DNA of 48,790 nt from Macrostomum lignano (lineage: Eukaryota), in NCBI GenBank assembly GCA_002269645.1, contig NIVC01002453.1, positions 1-48,790 of the forward strand. The letters run 5' to 3'. The notes below the pieces were generated by a model. That model made no database searches. It saw nothing but the letters and a program-made list of their open reading frames with translations, and had not been told where the DNA came from. Shown piece by piece: positions 36,700 to 47,398 of the stretch (position 1 is the first letter of the stretch; every line of letters starts with the position of its first letter). A program made the position numbers and the translations under genes.

Positions 36700-36979
36700 A
36701 TGACGTCTCCGGCATCAGGAGCCGACAAAGAGTCGGCGGCATCCTTGAGCACCAGCTGTTGGCACAGCCTGCCGCCGCTGCAGCAGCAGCACGTGTTCCC
36801 AACGATGGCTAAACTGGACGATACCCTGTTCGTGATCGGCGGCTGCACCCAGACTGGTCAGCCGATTGACTCCTGCGAAAGTATTCGACTTGGCAGCGGC
36901 GATGGCGATATTGCCGGGTCCTGGAGCGCAGCGCCCAGCCTGCCAACACCCAGGGCTGGCGTGCAGCTTGCGACTTTGG
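36700..36979 (+). CDS. KLHDC8: Kelch-only protein, KLHDC8A/B-like, exon 1
   Basis: WHSLPPL...LFVIGGCTQTGQPIDSCE...LPTPRAGVQLATLG resembles KLHDC8A (VYAIGGCDDNGVPMDCFE...LPTARAGVAVTALG) as recalled. Donor G|gtgagc, phase 1. Confidence 0.85.
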
Positions 36980-37040
36980 GTGAGCCGAAATAAAGGGTTC
37001 TTAGTTTTAATCCGATTGGCTTAGGGCTTACTAGATCGTG

Positions 37041-37345
37041 TCTGATTGGTTGAAATCAAACACTGGCTTCTTGTCAGTCTCTGATTGGTTGAAATCAAAC
37101 ACTGGCTTCTTGTCAGTCTCTGATTGGTTGGAATGAAACACTGACTTCTTGTCAGTCTCTGATTGGTTGGAATGACACACTGGCTTCTTGTCACTGTCAG
37201 TCTCTGATTGGTTGGAATGAAACACTGGCTTCTTGTCAGTCTCTGATTGGTTGGAATGACACACTGGCTTCTTGTCAGTCTCTGATTGGTTGGAATGAAA
37301 CACTGGCGTCTGATTGGTTTGAACGTAGAATTGCTAGGCTTGTCT
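37041..37345. repeat. Intronic minisatellite, 39-bp unit TCTGATTGGTTGGAATGAAACACTGGCTTCTTGTCAGTC
   Basis: About 7 copies in kelch intron 1. Confidence 0.95.
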
Positions 37346-37436
37346 GTCTCTGATTGGTTCATTGGTTGGGTAAATATTGTTCGCTAATTGGTTTGCGGTT
37401 GTAATTAGCAATCTCTTCAATCCAAATTTAACGCAG

Positions 37437-37745
37437 ACAAGCGGGTGTACGCCTTCGGCGGCTCCGGCCCAGGCCAATCCGGTGTGGCCACTATTGACGC
37501 ACTGGACGTTGAGTCGCAGCAGTGGCTGGAGCTGGGCCGGCTGCCCGTCGCCGTCAAGAGCTGCTCCGTAGCGAGTCGCGGCGGCAAATTTTTCATCGCA
37601 GGCGGCATGGAAACGGCCACTTCGACTAGGAACGAGTTTTATTGTTTCGATCCCGAGCGTAAAAAGGTTGGCAACTTGCCGCCAATGAGTGTTAAAAGGT
37701 ATTCGCCCGGCTGCTTCCTGGTTGAGGAATCGCTTTATCTGTTCG
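37437..37745 (+). CDS. KLHDC8: KLHDC8-like, exon 2
   Basis: Acceptor tttaacgcag|AC. Encodes (D)KRVYAFGGSG...FFIAGGME...LPPMSVKRY...LYLFG. Donor G|gtgaga, phase 1. Confidence 0.87.
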
Positions 37746-38335
37746 GTGAGATTTCCTTTGCTATCTCAGGGGTGAAATTTTCACTGCTATCTCAGAGATG
37801 AGGTTTTCACTGCTATTTCAGGGATGAGATTTCCACTGCGACCTCAGGGGTGAGATTTCCACTGCTATTTCAGGGGTGAGATTTCCACTGCTATCTCAGG
37901 GTGAAATTTCTACTGCTGTCACAGGGGTGAGATTTCCATGGCTATCTCAGGGGTGAGATTTCCATAGCTATCTCAGGGATGAGATTTCCACTGCTATTTC
38001 AGGGGTTAGACCTTCACTGCTATCTCAGGGGTGCGATTTCCACTGCTATCTCAGGGGGTGAGATTTTTACTGCTGTCTCATGAATGAGATTTCCATTGCT
38101 ATCTCATGGTGAGATGTCCATTGTTATCTCATGGGGAGATGTCCATTGTAATCTCACGGTGAGATGTCCATTGTAATCTCACGGTGAGATGTCCATTGTT
38201 ATCTAACGGTGAGATGTTCATTGTAATCTTACACGGTGAGATTTCCAATGCTATCTCACGGAAGGTGAGACTTCTGTAGCTACCTTAGAGTAAGATTTTC
38301 TTTTGCATCACATGGGATGAGATTTCCACAGCTCT
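37745..38335. repeat. Degenerate 26-bp minisatellite GGTGAGATTTCCACTGCTATCTCAGG beginning at the splice donor
   Basis: The first unit is the exon 2 donor itself; the next unit starts at 37771. Units shorten and decay toward 38300. Confidence 0.9.
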
Positions 38336-38511
38336 GTCAGTTTCAGATTTGGACCCAAACTGCATCAGGGTCTAACAGTAGTGATATTCTGAATCAATCG
38401 TGTACTCATTATTATTAGATGTCGACAAAATCATTTCTTCCATGCTTGAGTTTGTTATGCCAAATTTAAATATTAATGCAAAATTAGTTAAAATAGTAAT
38501 GTTTAAGATGG

Positions 38512-39104
38512 TTACGAAATGTTGAGCATTAATTTCCAAACGGTTAGCAACAGTGGCAGCAGCAGCGGCAGCTCAGCTTGAGCTAGATTTCCGTCATTGT
38601 GCAGCAGACTGCTCAGCGGCCCATTGTCGCTGCCATTGTGCGGTCTGGCTGGCAACCCTATCAGCCGGCAGGCTAGGCCATAGATATCTGTCTGCTCGGC
38701 TGTGCTATCCGTTCGGGCGCCTTTGACAAATGCCGGACCAATGGCCAGCAGAGGCACCTGCATCTCGTCCCAGTCCGGCTCTCCGCCGTGCATGCCCAGC
38801 TTCCAGACTGTGTCATTATTGTCGGCGATTTGATAGCCTTTGACTGGCATTATAAGTATATCCGGTATTCGTCTGTGCCTCTTATAGTGCAAGTGATCTG
38901 GCAGTTCCCGACGGTGCACAACATTTGCCATCTTGCTCTTGCCGCTCTTTCCAATGTCTTCTAGCATGGCCGAGTACAGCTCCATCGATCTGTTCGGCTT
39001 GGCGAATAGGCCTAGGGCGACGCCCATCTGCAGCACTGCTCTGGTAGCTGGGTGCTTCCTGCCGTTCACTCGGATCGTGTTGTTGTGATTCACTGGCAGC
39101 ATGC
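38512..39104 (-). CDS. ENPP: ENPP4/5/6-like ectonucleotide pyrophosphatase/phosphodiesterase, exon 3
   Basis: Acceptor aactcccgcag|GC completes SDHG-M. Contains RIPDILI, GMHGG, MQVPLLAIGPAF and a hydrophobic C-terminal tail. Confidence 0.9.
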
Positions 39105-39139
39105 CTGCGGGAGTTTTGAGGCTTTGTTTAAAGCAAATC

Positions 39140-39548
39140 CTCAGTTGCTGGGCCACCCTCCCGGATCGTCAGTTGCTGGGCCACCCTCCCAGATCCCTAG
39201 TTGCTGGGCCAGCCTCCCAGATCCCCAGTTGCTGGGCCAGCCTCCCAGATCCCCAGTTGCTGGGCCAGGGCCACCCTCCCAGATCCTCAGTTGCTGGGCC
39301 ACCCTCCCAGATCCTCAGTTGCTGGGCCAGCCTCCCAGAGTGTCAGTTACAGGGCCACCCTCCCAGATCCTCAGTTGCTGGGCCAGCCTCCCAGAGTGTC
39401 AGTTACAGGGCCACCCTCCCAGATCCTCAGTTGCTGGGCCAGCCTCCCAGAGTGTCAGTTACAGGGCCACCCTCGCAGATCTCCAGTTGCTGGGCCACCG
39501 CCGCCCTCCCAGATCCTCAGTTGCTGGGCCACTGCCGCCCTCCCAGAT
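39140..39548. repeat. Intronic minisatellite, ~28-bp unit CAGTTGCTGGGCCACCCTCCCAGATCCT
   Basis: Fills ENPP intron 2. Confidence 0.93.
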
Positions 39549-39589
39549 ACTAAAGGTCAAGACTAAAAAGCAATCCAAACGAAGCTTAC

Positions 39590-40320
39590 CGTGATCAGAC
39601 GTGATGATCACATTGACCCGCTGTTGCATGCCGCGCTCCTGCAGCTGTCTGAGAAACCGTCCGATCGCCGCGTCGATCTCCGCCAGCACGGGTCCCACAG
39701 CGCCTGGTCCTTGGCCGTGCGCGGTGAAGTCTGGCTCGTCGTGATACGCCACCACCAGTCTGGCCTGGCCGTTAGTCAGCCAGTCCAGCACCCTGTCAAG
39801 CCCGGCGCTGAGCTCCGGTGATTGCGCAACTTTGTCACCCCGCTTTTCTGTCCGCGGCGTCAAGTAGGTTGGCAGTCGGCCACCAATGGCCACGTGACCG
39901 CCGGGCCACCTGTACACACCAGCGCGCAGGCCGCTCGCTTCCGCTGTCAGCCAAATTGGCTCGGATGCGTTCCACCAACGCTCGTCGTCAGTATTAAACA
40001 TGTCGACTGTTTCATTGAAAACCGGGTCGAACATCTGATTGTTGACTACGCCGTGAACCTCTTGGTGTTGGCCAGTAACCATGGTCCAATGGTTGGCCGC
40101 TGTTTTGGTCATGTAGGCCGGCTTAACCCTGGCCGCGTAGGCGCCTTCTATTTGCGCCAGTCTATTCATATTTGGCGTCTCATTAGCGAATAGTGTCAGA
40201 TAGTCGTGCCGAAAGCCGTCCAATGAAATCAGTAGTAGCGGCGGCTTTGTGCTGCTGCGGCTTTCTTTCAGGGCGGCCGCTGAAGCCAATGGTATCAGCA
40301 GTAGAAGTAGAAGTCCTTGG
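39590..40320 (-). CDS. ENPP: ENPP-like, exon 2 (signal peptide end and catalytic core)
   Basis: Acceptor ttttcag|C. Motifs LLLISLDGFRHDY, TKTAANHWTMVTG (catalytic Thr), WWNASEPIW, YHDEPDFTAHGQGP and NVIITSDHG. Donor G|gtaagc. Confidence 0.93.
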
Positions 40321-41038
40321 CTGAAAAGTTGAAAAGAACGAAAAGAAGTTTACGATAGAATAAAATAGGGTTTGAGATTATACTGCAGGCTTGTTATGAA
40401 GCAGGTTTGAGAATGTACTGGATCGCTTGCTATGAAGCAGAAGGTTTGAGCTTATACTGGAGGCTTGCGATGTAACCGAAAGGATGGTTGAAATGGGTCG
40501 TATAAAGTTTGTCAAGACACCAGTGTCAGCACTTTTAAAGCATCTCAGAATTAAATTTAAGTTACTTATATTTTTGCTGCATTTCAAACGCTATATTGAC
40601 AATATACTTCCAACAATAGGGTTCCATAGTCTCATTCAGTTAAATGTTTAAGTTAACTAGTACTTAGCTACTTGTCATTCTATTGTCTGTCATCTGTCAA
40701 GCACTATCTAAAGGATACGACGATTGTAAGGATTGTCTTGACAGTGTAATTGCCAATGGCATCGCTTTAGCTATCGATCCTATTCTGTTAGGCATTCAGC
40801 CGCAAGTGTTGCTTGCTGCTTGAAGCCTCTATTTATTATAAGGCGTTAAAGAGAATTCGGCGAATGCTATTTCCTCTCCGCTGGGCCAGCTGAGTACCTC
40901 TCTCCTGCGTTGAGCATTCTTGAGTGCCGGAATGCCGCTCAACAGAAAGCAGACAGCCCGGAGTGAAGTCTTGTCTTTCTTTTTTGACAGATGCAGCTGT
41001 ATCGGAATTTTTCCCAGTCGAAATTCTCTAAAACTTAC

Positions 41039-41055
41039 CTGAGTAGGTGATTCAT
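41039..41055 (-). CDS. ENPP: ENPP-like, 17-nt first coding exon (MNHLLS)
   Basis: ATG AAT CAC CTA CTC AG|gtaagt is phase 2 and matches the 40320 acceptor, giving the signal peptide MNHLLSQGLLLLLLIPLASA. Total 446 aa. Confidence 0.75.
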
Positions 41056-42094
41056 AGTTTATGCAACGTCCTTGTATGTGCGCGTTCTTTTTTGCTTTTG
41101 GCCGATTCGTTAACTTCTTGCTTACCTTTAAATGCACAGTTTTGTCTCTCAGCCTTGAAGACTTGCTTGTGTATGTGTACAAGTGTACGCAAACTGCGCT
41201 TTGCACACAAGCCCTGCAGCACACGCGCTGCCTCTAGGACGAACTAGCTGCAATTAAAAAAGGAACTAAGTTGGGGTTGAAAATGACTGCGCTATCGCAG
41301 ACTGATAACTGATTAGTTTTTTCAACTGTTTTTGTACCGCTTCCAAAGTGTTAGATTTGGAATCTTACGCCAAGGCGTGCAAGTTAACTTGGTATGTTTG
41401 TAGCAGTCTGAAAATTTAGCTAATCGCAAAAAACTTCAGACAACAGTATAAACTGCGAGACACTTAAAATTGACCTTAGCCTTGAACTTAACTGACCCCA
41501 CGCATGCGTTGACAACTCGGGGGGTTGTTTTTTAGAGGAAAAAGAAGGCTCTGATTAAAACCCGATCTCGAATCTCGATCACTTAGCAAGGAAATTGCGT
41601 TATTCGACACTGTGAAACTGTCCAGACTCAAGTTAAATCGGCATCGCGCGTTTGAGTTTCCTAGTTGAGTTTTCTTGTAGATGTTCCAATGCATTTGGAG
41701 GGAATACGAGAATGACTAAAAATATTGCGTGCTGTGTATTAAGAAAAGTGGTGAAGTCTTTTAGAGACTTGGTTGTGTCTTCTAGATCTGACCTTCGGTT
41801 TTTGTGTCATAATCTTGCGATGACATGGTCGAATATTGAAATAGATTGGTGATTTTGTTGGCGTTACAACAAAATTTAGTTTTTCAGGATTCTTTTTTCA
41901 AATGTCAATTTCATTGTTATTATTGTCCTTAAAAGTAGTGCTTGAAAGGAATGTTGGTAAGATATCGTTAAATAATAAAAATATAGATTCTGTCAATGCC
42001 ATATTGATCTTGCGAATGGCATAAGAATTTTACGAAAAAACACCAGGATCTGGGGTGTCCTTATGTTACCCCCCCCCGTGTATTTATACTCGTA

Positions 42095-42292
42095 AATCTG
42101 ACGATGTCTTATAGAGTTTGATAATGTCTTTTAGAGACTTGACGGTATCTTGCTGAGACTTAATGGCATCCGGCTAAGACTTGACGGTATTTTGTTGAGA
42201 CTTGATGGTATCTTATTGAGACTTTACGTTATCTTATTGTGACTTGACATTATCTTGTTGAGAGTTGACGATGAGACTTGACGGCATCTTCT
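42095..42292. repeat. Degenerate 21-bp minisatellite GAGACTTGACGGTATCTTGCT
   Basis: About 8-9 divergent copies. Confidence 0.85.
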
Positions 42293-44656
42293 GACTGCCT
42301 AAATGTGCTGCAAAGTAGAAAAACGGTAAAAATGACATTCACACATATTCTAATTGGTATATACTGGTGTAGTTGCATGAGACATGAGACTAATCGCACA
42401 ACTTATTTCCCTAAAACCCGTTGGCAGCTCATATCGATATACATTAGCTGGAGTTTTTTAGCTCTCCTTCACGCCGTATCCCGCACGCAGCGGCGGCATT
42501 ATGCGGTTGTTTGCGATAGACAAACTGTACCAGCGTCGCGTTGAAAGAGAGGAAAAAGGGGGAGAGGCGGGTGAGACTGAAAGCTTCTCCCAAGTCTCTG
42601 AGGCAACAATGCCCGCCGTGTCTGGATCTTGGTGAATCGAACAGCTCCGCTTTACACGGCGAAGTGTCAAACTTGCTGATAGATGAAGTATGTGCAAAGC
42701 TGCTTTGAAAGCAATCAAATTTTGTTCTAAGATATATAAAGCTACTTTACAGCAAGACACAGTTAAATTGTTTTTTTTATTCAAATCGTAAAATAATTGT
42801 TGCTTAAAAATTGCAATCATCACTGGTTGTCATAATAAAAGCCAGCAGAATTCGCGACTAACAATACTGGAATAGCCTGGGTAAAATGGGGTTGCTGCTG
42901 GATGCCAGAGCGATCCTAAATTAAAATGATTCCTAAATGATTCAAGCGCGCATTATCTGTGCTATAAAAAATTCATAACTGAAACGAAGAAGGATCCATG
43001 ATGCGAAGATAGGCTTGTCGGGAATCAGATGGCAGATCAATGCCGATTCTCCTTTGTGTTGCAACGAGCAACTCTCCTCAAGCATTTGTGCTGCTATTGT
43101 TTGCCAAAACTGCCAGTTCTAAAACGGGAGCCCTAAATCAAAGATGGCAATTTGGGATAAAGCTAGTTGCTTTTTATTTGAGTAGCTTTTCATGCAGTTG
43201 ATGGGAGCTCAAGCGTGCCGCCAATGCTGCTGCTGCTACATAGTTACGTTTTTTAGTTTAGTTTGTTGCTTAAACGCGGCTGGTTGCTTTGTGACTTTAA
43301 AGCCCTAGCCGCTTTTGAAAACAACTCATATTGGCCTAATATGTCATTAGCGCATAGGCGCTGTAAACATCTGGCTTTTTAATTGTGATTATAAATGCAG
43401 CTGCTAATAATTATGGATGGGGCATGGGATGAGTGAGGGTGACGTTGCAGAATGCGATCTGGGCAGTTCTTGCAGTAGCTCGGAATCCTATTTTGCTACC
43501 ACTCTTGCTATCTATAGCCATATTTGATGAACAGTTTTGAGCCTCGGCGGCCGTCTTCTGTAGCTCTTCTTTACAAATATAGCCCCAGAAAAAGATCAAC
43601 CTATCAGAAACGTGTTTGCAATCTGGTACAGAGGGGTGGAACCACCCCCTCTATGATGAGAGAGGCTAGATGTTTATAAGTTATCTATATTTTAGACGGA
43701 GTAGCTAGCAATCGAACTTTTGTTAAAGAGCTACTCAGAAAAGTAAAATTATTAAGAATTGAAATGGTCAAAAATCAAACAGAATAGCCTGTGCGCTCAT
43801 TCCAAAGTCGAACACATTCGTTGCACTCTTATTCTGGATCATGCAAAAAGATGTACAACTTGCGCACTTAATCTAGCTGCTGTTGGCACAGCGCGCTTAT
43901 GCCCAGTGTTATGCGCGCATATCCAGTCCTCTCCCCCACAGTTCATAGAATCCGCGGGCATTCTACAGTGCCAGCCCCAACCCTTATAGTGCCATATTGC
44001 GCCACTGGGGTTCCTTGCGATTTTATCGTTAAGCTCACTTTCAGCTTTCGAGTGCGTTGGAGTGAAATGACGACAGAAAGTGAAAGTTGCTCTGGTCCTG
44101 TGCTATTGTGGACTGCACCATTCACCAAGTATTCGTATATCGTTTTGACAGCTCATATTTGCATAGATCAGCATCGGCTTGGAGTTGATGCTATGCTCGA
44201 AACATCCTAGTCAGATGAAGATGAAGTGAGATGCTCTCACTTCCGCCTGGCTGACTATTTGTTGTCGTGACTAGAAGCACTCTAGACAGTTCGAGTCTAA
44301 TTTACAGTAAGATTGCAATACGACTTGATACTGGGCTCTTCTCAATCTATGATCTGCACCTGGATTTTAAAACAAATAATTTATAGGCTTACGCTGAAAA
44401 CGGCCATTTAGTCCGCCTTTTTCAAAATTGCAATGATTATTTTGTTTTACTTGAGTTGTCCATGGCGTTTAATGATAGAAACTGTTGTTATTAACGGTAT
44501 TGCAAACGGTAACGCAAGCGCACTTAAAGCCGCAGTCGATTTTTACTTTCATTGTCACTGTTATCAGTTTATAATAGGAATCAGTCGGATATTAGTAGAT
44601 CGAAATATGGCCGGCTCTCGGGGTCGATTCGATAAAAGCTGTTGCGCTTTCATGGC

Positions 44657-45001
44657 TCACTTGCCCCACTCGTACCACTTCTTCTGCTGCTGCCGTCCGA
44701 CTCCTCCTTGCTGCCGATGCTGGCGAAGGAGCTTGAAGCCAACTTCAGGAACCGGGTAGTTCTCGTCCGTGTTTCCTGACTGCATCAGCTGCGGCTCCTC
44801 CTCGCTCAGTAGCACGGAAGCCGCCAGCCGGTTAGCCAAATCGTCGTACCGATCTCGGGCTACGTTGCGCACTCCGGAGTTCTGCGGCTCGGACACTGCG
44901 GCGGCAGTGACGATGCCAGTTTGGCTACTGATTGCCAGCAGTAGCAGCGATGTAGCGGCTGCCAGCGCGAGCAAATTGGGAATGCTGCGTTGGGACGGCA
45001 T
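44657..45001 (-). CDS. Putative amidated neuropeptide prohormone (114 aa)
   Basis: Signal peptide (LLALAAATSLLLLAISS), acidic spacer, and C-terminus GR-QQQKKWYEW-G-K-stop. A CAG acceptor directly precedes the ATG. Confidence 0.75.
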   Translation of the reverse strand: MPSQRSIPNLLALAAATSLLLLAISSQTGIVTAAAVSEPQNSGVRNVARDRYDDLANRLAASVLLSEEEPQLMQSGNTDENYPVPEVGFKLLRQHRQQGGVGRQQQKKWYEWGK

Positions 45002-45289
45002 CTGTGGGTAGTAAGAGTTTTAAAAAAACTGGTTCACAACTGCTCGCTTTTCTAAAACATTATAATCTGTTGCTTGTACATGTATTTCTTTGAGTACTTT
45101 CTTGTGGCTCATTCGTGTGTCTTGTTTATTTGTTTAACTGGTTTCGCGAGTTTCGTTCGCAGCGCACCTGCCTGAGTGTTGAAGGTCGCAGCGGTCGGCC
45201 CTCGACAGCTGTAACCCAGCACAACATCAATAAAGCTGAGCGACTGGTAAACTAGAACAGGCAAATAACCTACGACGAGTTACAGTCGC

Positions 45290-45821
45290 AAAGAAGATAG
45301 TCGCCTCCTTTATCACCGCCTCCGGCCATCTGGTGTCGGTGCCCCTGGAGGATCATCGCACGGTGACTGCGGCATGGTACACCAGCCATTGCCTTCCTCA
45401 GGTCATCAGCGCTTGGTTCCAGAGGCGACAAAACACGAACCCGAGGCCTCCAGCTGCACTAGGACAACGCCAGCACCCACACTGCACGCTTGACTTCTGC
45501 CTTCCTGGAGCAAAATGGAGTCAAGCTGGTCTCCCACCCACCCTACTCGCCTGACCTGGCCCCCTGCGACTTTTTCCTGTTTCCGACAGTCAAACAGCAG
45601 ATTCGGGCCAGCGATTTGAGACCCCAGAGGCAGCCCTGCAAGCTTACATGCATGCAATTGACACCTGCCAAGTTCGGCCTTCTCACACGCTTTTGAGCAA
45701 TGGTTTCGCCAAATGGAGAAGTGCATCGCTACTGGAGGGAGTTACTTTGAAAATTTTAGAGTTTTGTTTTGTTATTAGCATTATAACCGTTCCGTTCTAA
45801 AAACTTTCGGAGTGACCCTCG
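45290..45821 (+). mobile_element. 5'-truncated mariner fragment
   Basis: VPLEDHRTVTAAWYTSHCLPQV and HPPYSPDLAPCDFFLFP motifs. Right TIR AAAACTTTCGGAGTGACCCTCG|TA. Confidence 0.9.
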
Positions 45822-47156
45822 TAAACTCTGACTGTGGAGTGTTAAGATCTCATTAAAATCCTTGCAGCAGTCTGTAGTGTGCAGAAGTAATACTTTTAGC
45901 TCTCAACGACCGTGCCAGTGAGGGAAACTCAGGACAAGTGACTTTCCTTCCTAGCTTGAGTATCTTAAAAGTGAGTTTTTCGAGTCCGAATCGAATTGAG
46001 ATAAAGACAGACTAGATCATATGATATTTTTGCCTTCGACCCGTATTGATTCTTGGAACTGAGTTATCGCCCTGAAACTTTTCCTTCCTGTGCTGCGGCA
46101 CGCACTGTCACGACTTACAGGACAATATCACTGAAGTTATCGAAACTTACCTTTATTGCCTAACGAAGTAAATTTGGAGCTTGAGATTTACTGTTTTATT
46201 GAGCCTCAATGCCAACGATATTGAAGGTATGTCTGCGTCAGCAAAAATTCCTCCTGGTTTCCTGGACGTTGCTTCACTTATAATGAGGGGGGATAGAGGA
46301 GGCTGGCTGCTTCGCGATGCGGAACCCTTCAGGCTGGCATTGGCTTCTCCTGGCCTTGTATTGGTCCGATATTGTCATTGGCTACCTTGCTGAATCTTGC
46401 TCAGCACGCTCCAGCTAGTCATCGACTCCAGCACGCATCGCATTTGACCCTTATCGCGATGAGCGCCGATTCGTCTTATTTAAACAGTCCTTTCCTACTG
46501 TTTGAATTATATCCAGCATCGCGCTGCTGCTTTGTTAGTAAAAAAAGACAGCGGTGATTGCATCTAAAATTATTCCCGGCATATTGTATCGCTTCTTTGA
46601 CAATTTGCCATATTTGGTAGCTGGGAATTGAAACTCTAAAAATATAGAAATCAGCCAATCGATTGTCACTTAGAATCTTTGTTGAAGCAAATAGCTAGGC
46701 AACGGGAAAATAAATGTTTGAATAGCTAATTTGACTGACTGTTTCCCAGCCGTTTCAGTCTCTTGTTGCACACTCGTGCACTTTCCTTGATCTTAATCCC
46801 GTAATTTGCATACCAATTTATCTGTGTGCCATTTGAAGACGCTGACGTGCCTTATATCTGCATACATGTAGTAGTATAACTGACAGGCCTCAGACATTAG
46901 TGCACTACCACAGAGGCTCAAGTTGATCCTTTAGCCTAACAAGTATGATGCTAGTGTCGAAGAGCAAATCTTTCTCTAATTTATTGTTAAGGAAATCCCA
47001 TCTCAGGCTTGCTCTGCCAGCGCCCGGATTTTCTACTCGTTTTAGCTACAACTGTCCCTCACCCTTCCCAGCTGTCTCTCCTTTCTCATTATCCCATACT
47101 CTATTCTATCTGTTAAACTCAACTAGTTGCTAATTGGTTGCTTCGAACACTGCCAG

Positions 47157-47369
47157 GCGGTCGAGAGGGTCGAACCCCTGTAGCCGGTTGCGAAGTATTC
47201 GACTTCCGCGCCTGCAAATGGCGCCCACTGCCCGAACTGCCCAGCCACGGCCGCGTGTTCCCCATCTATGCCCGCACTGGCCGCCGGGTCCTCTGCATGG
47301 GCGGCCTGGACCCCGGCAATCTGGCCAGCGGCTTCTCCTGCCTGTGCCATTCGTTCGATTTGGACACTG
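47157..47369 (+). CDS. KLHDC8: KLHDC8-like, exon 3 (gene continues beyond the window)
   Basis: Acceptor actgccag|GC in phase 1 restores LYLFG-GREGRTPVAGCEVFDF, resembling KLHDC8A IYVLGGRQSKYAVNAFEVFD. Donor G|gtgagc at 47370. Confidence 0.82.
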
Positions 47370-47398
47370 GTGAGCAGCTGTTAGATTGCTATTGTTGC

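Noticed and set aside
35680-37345. CRISPR-like arrays (31, 44 and 39 bp repeats)
   Set aside because: Head-to-tail tandem units with no unique spacers, in a eukaryotic context with no cas genes.
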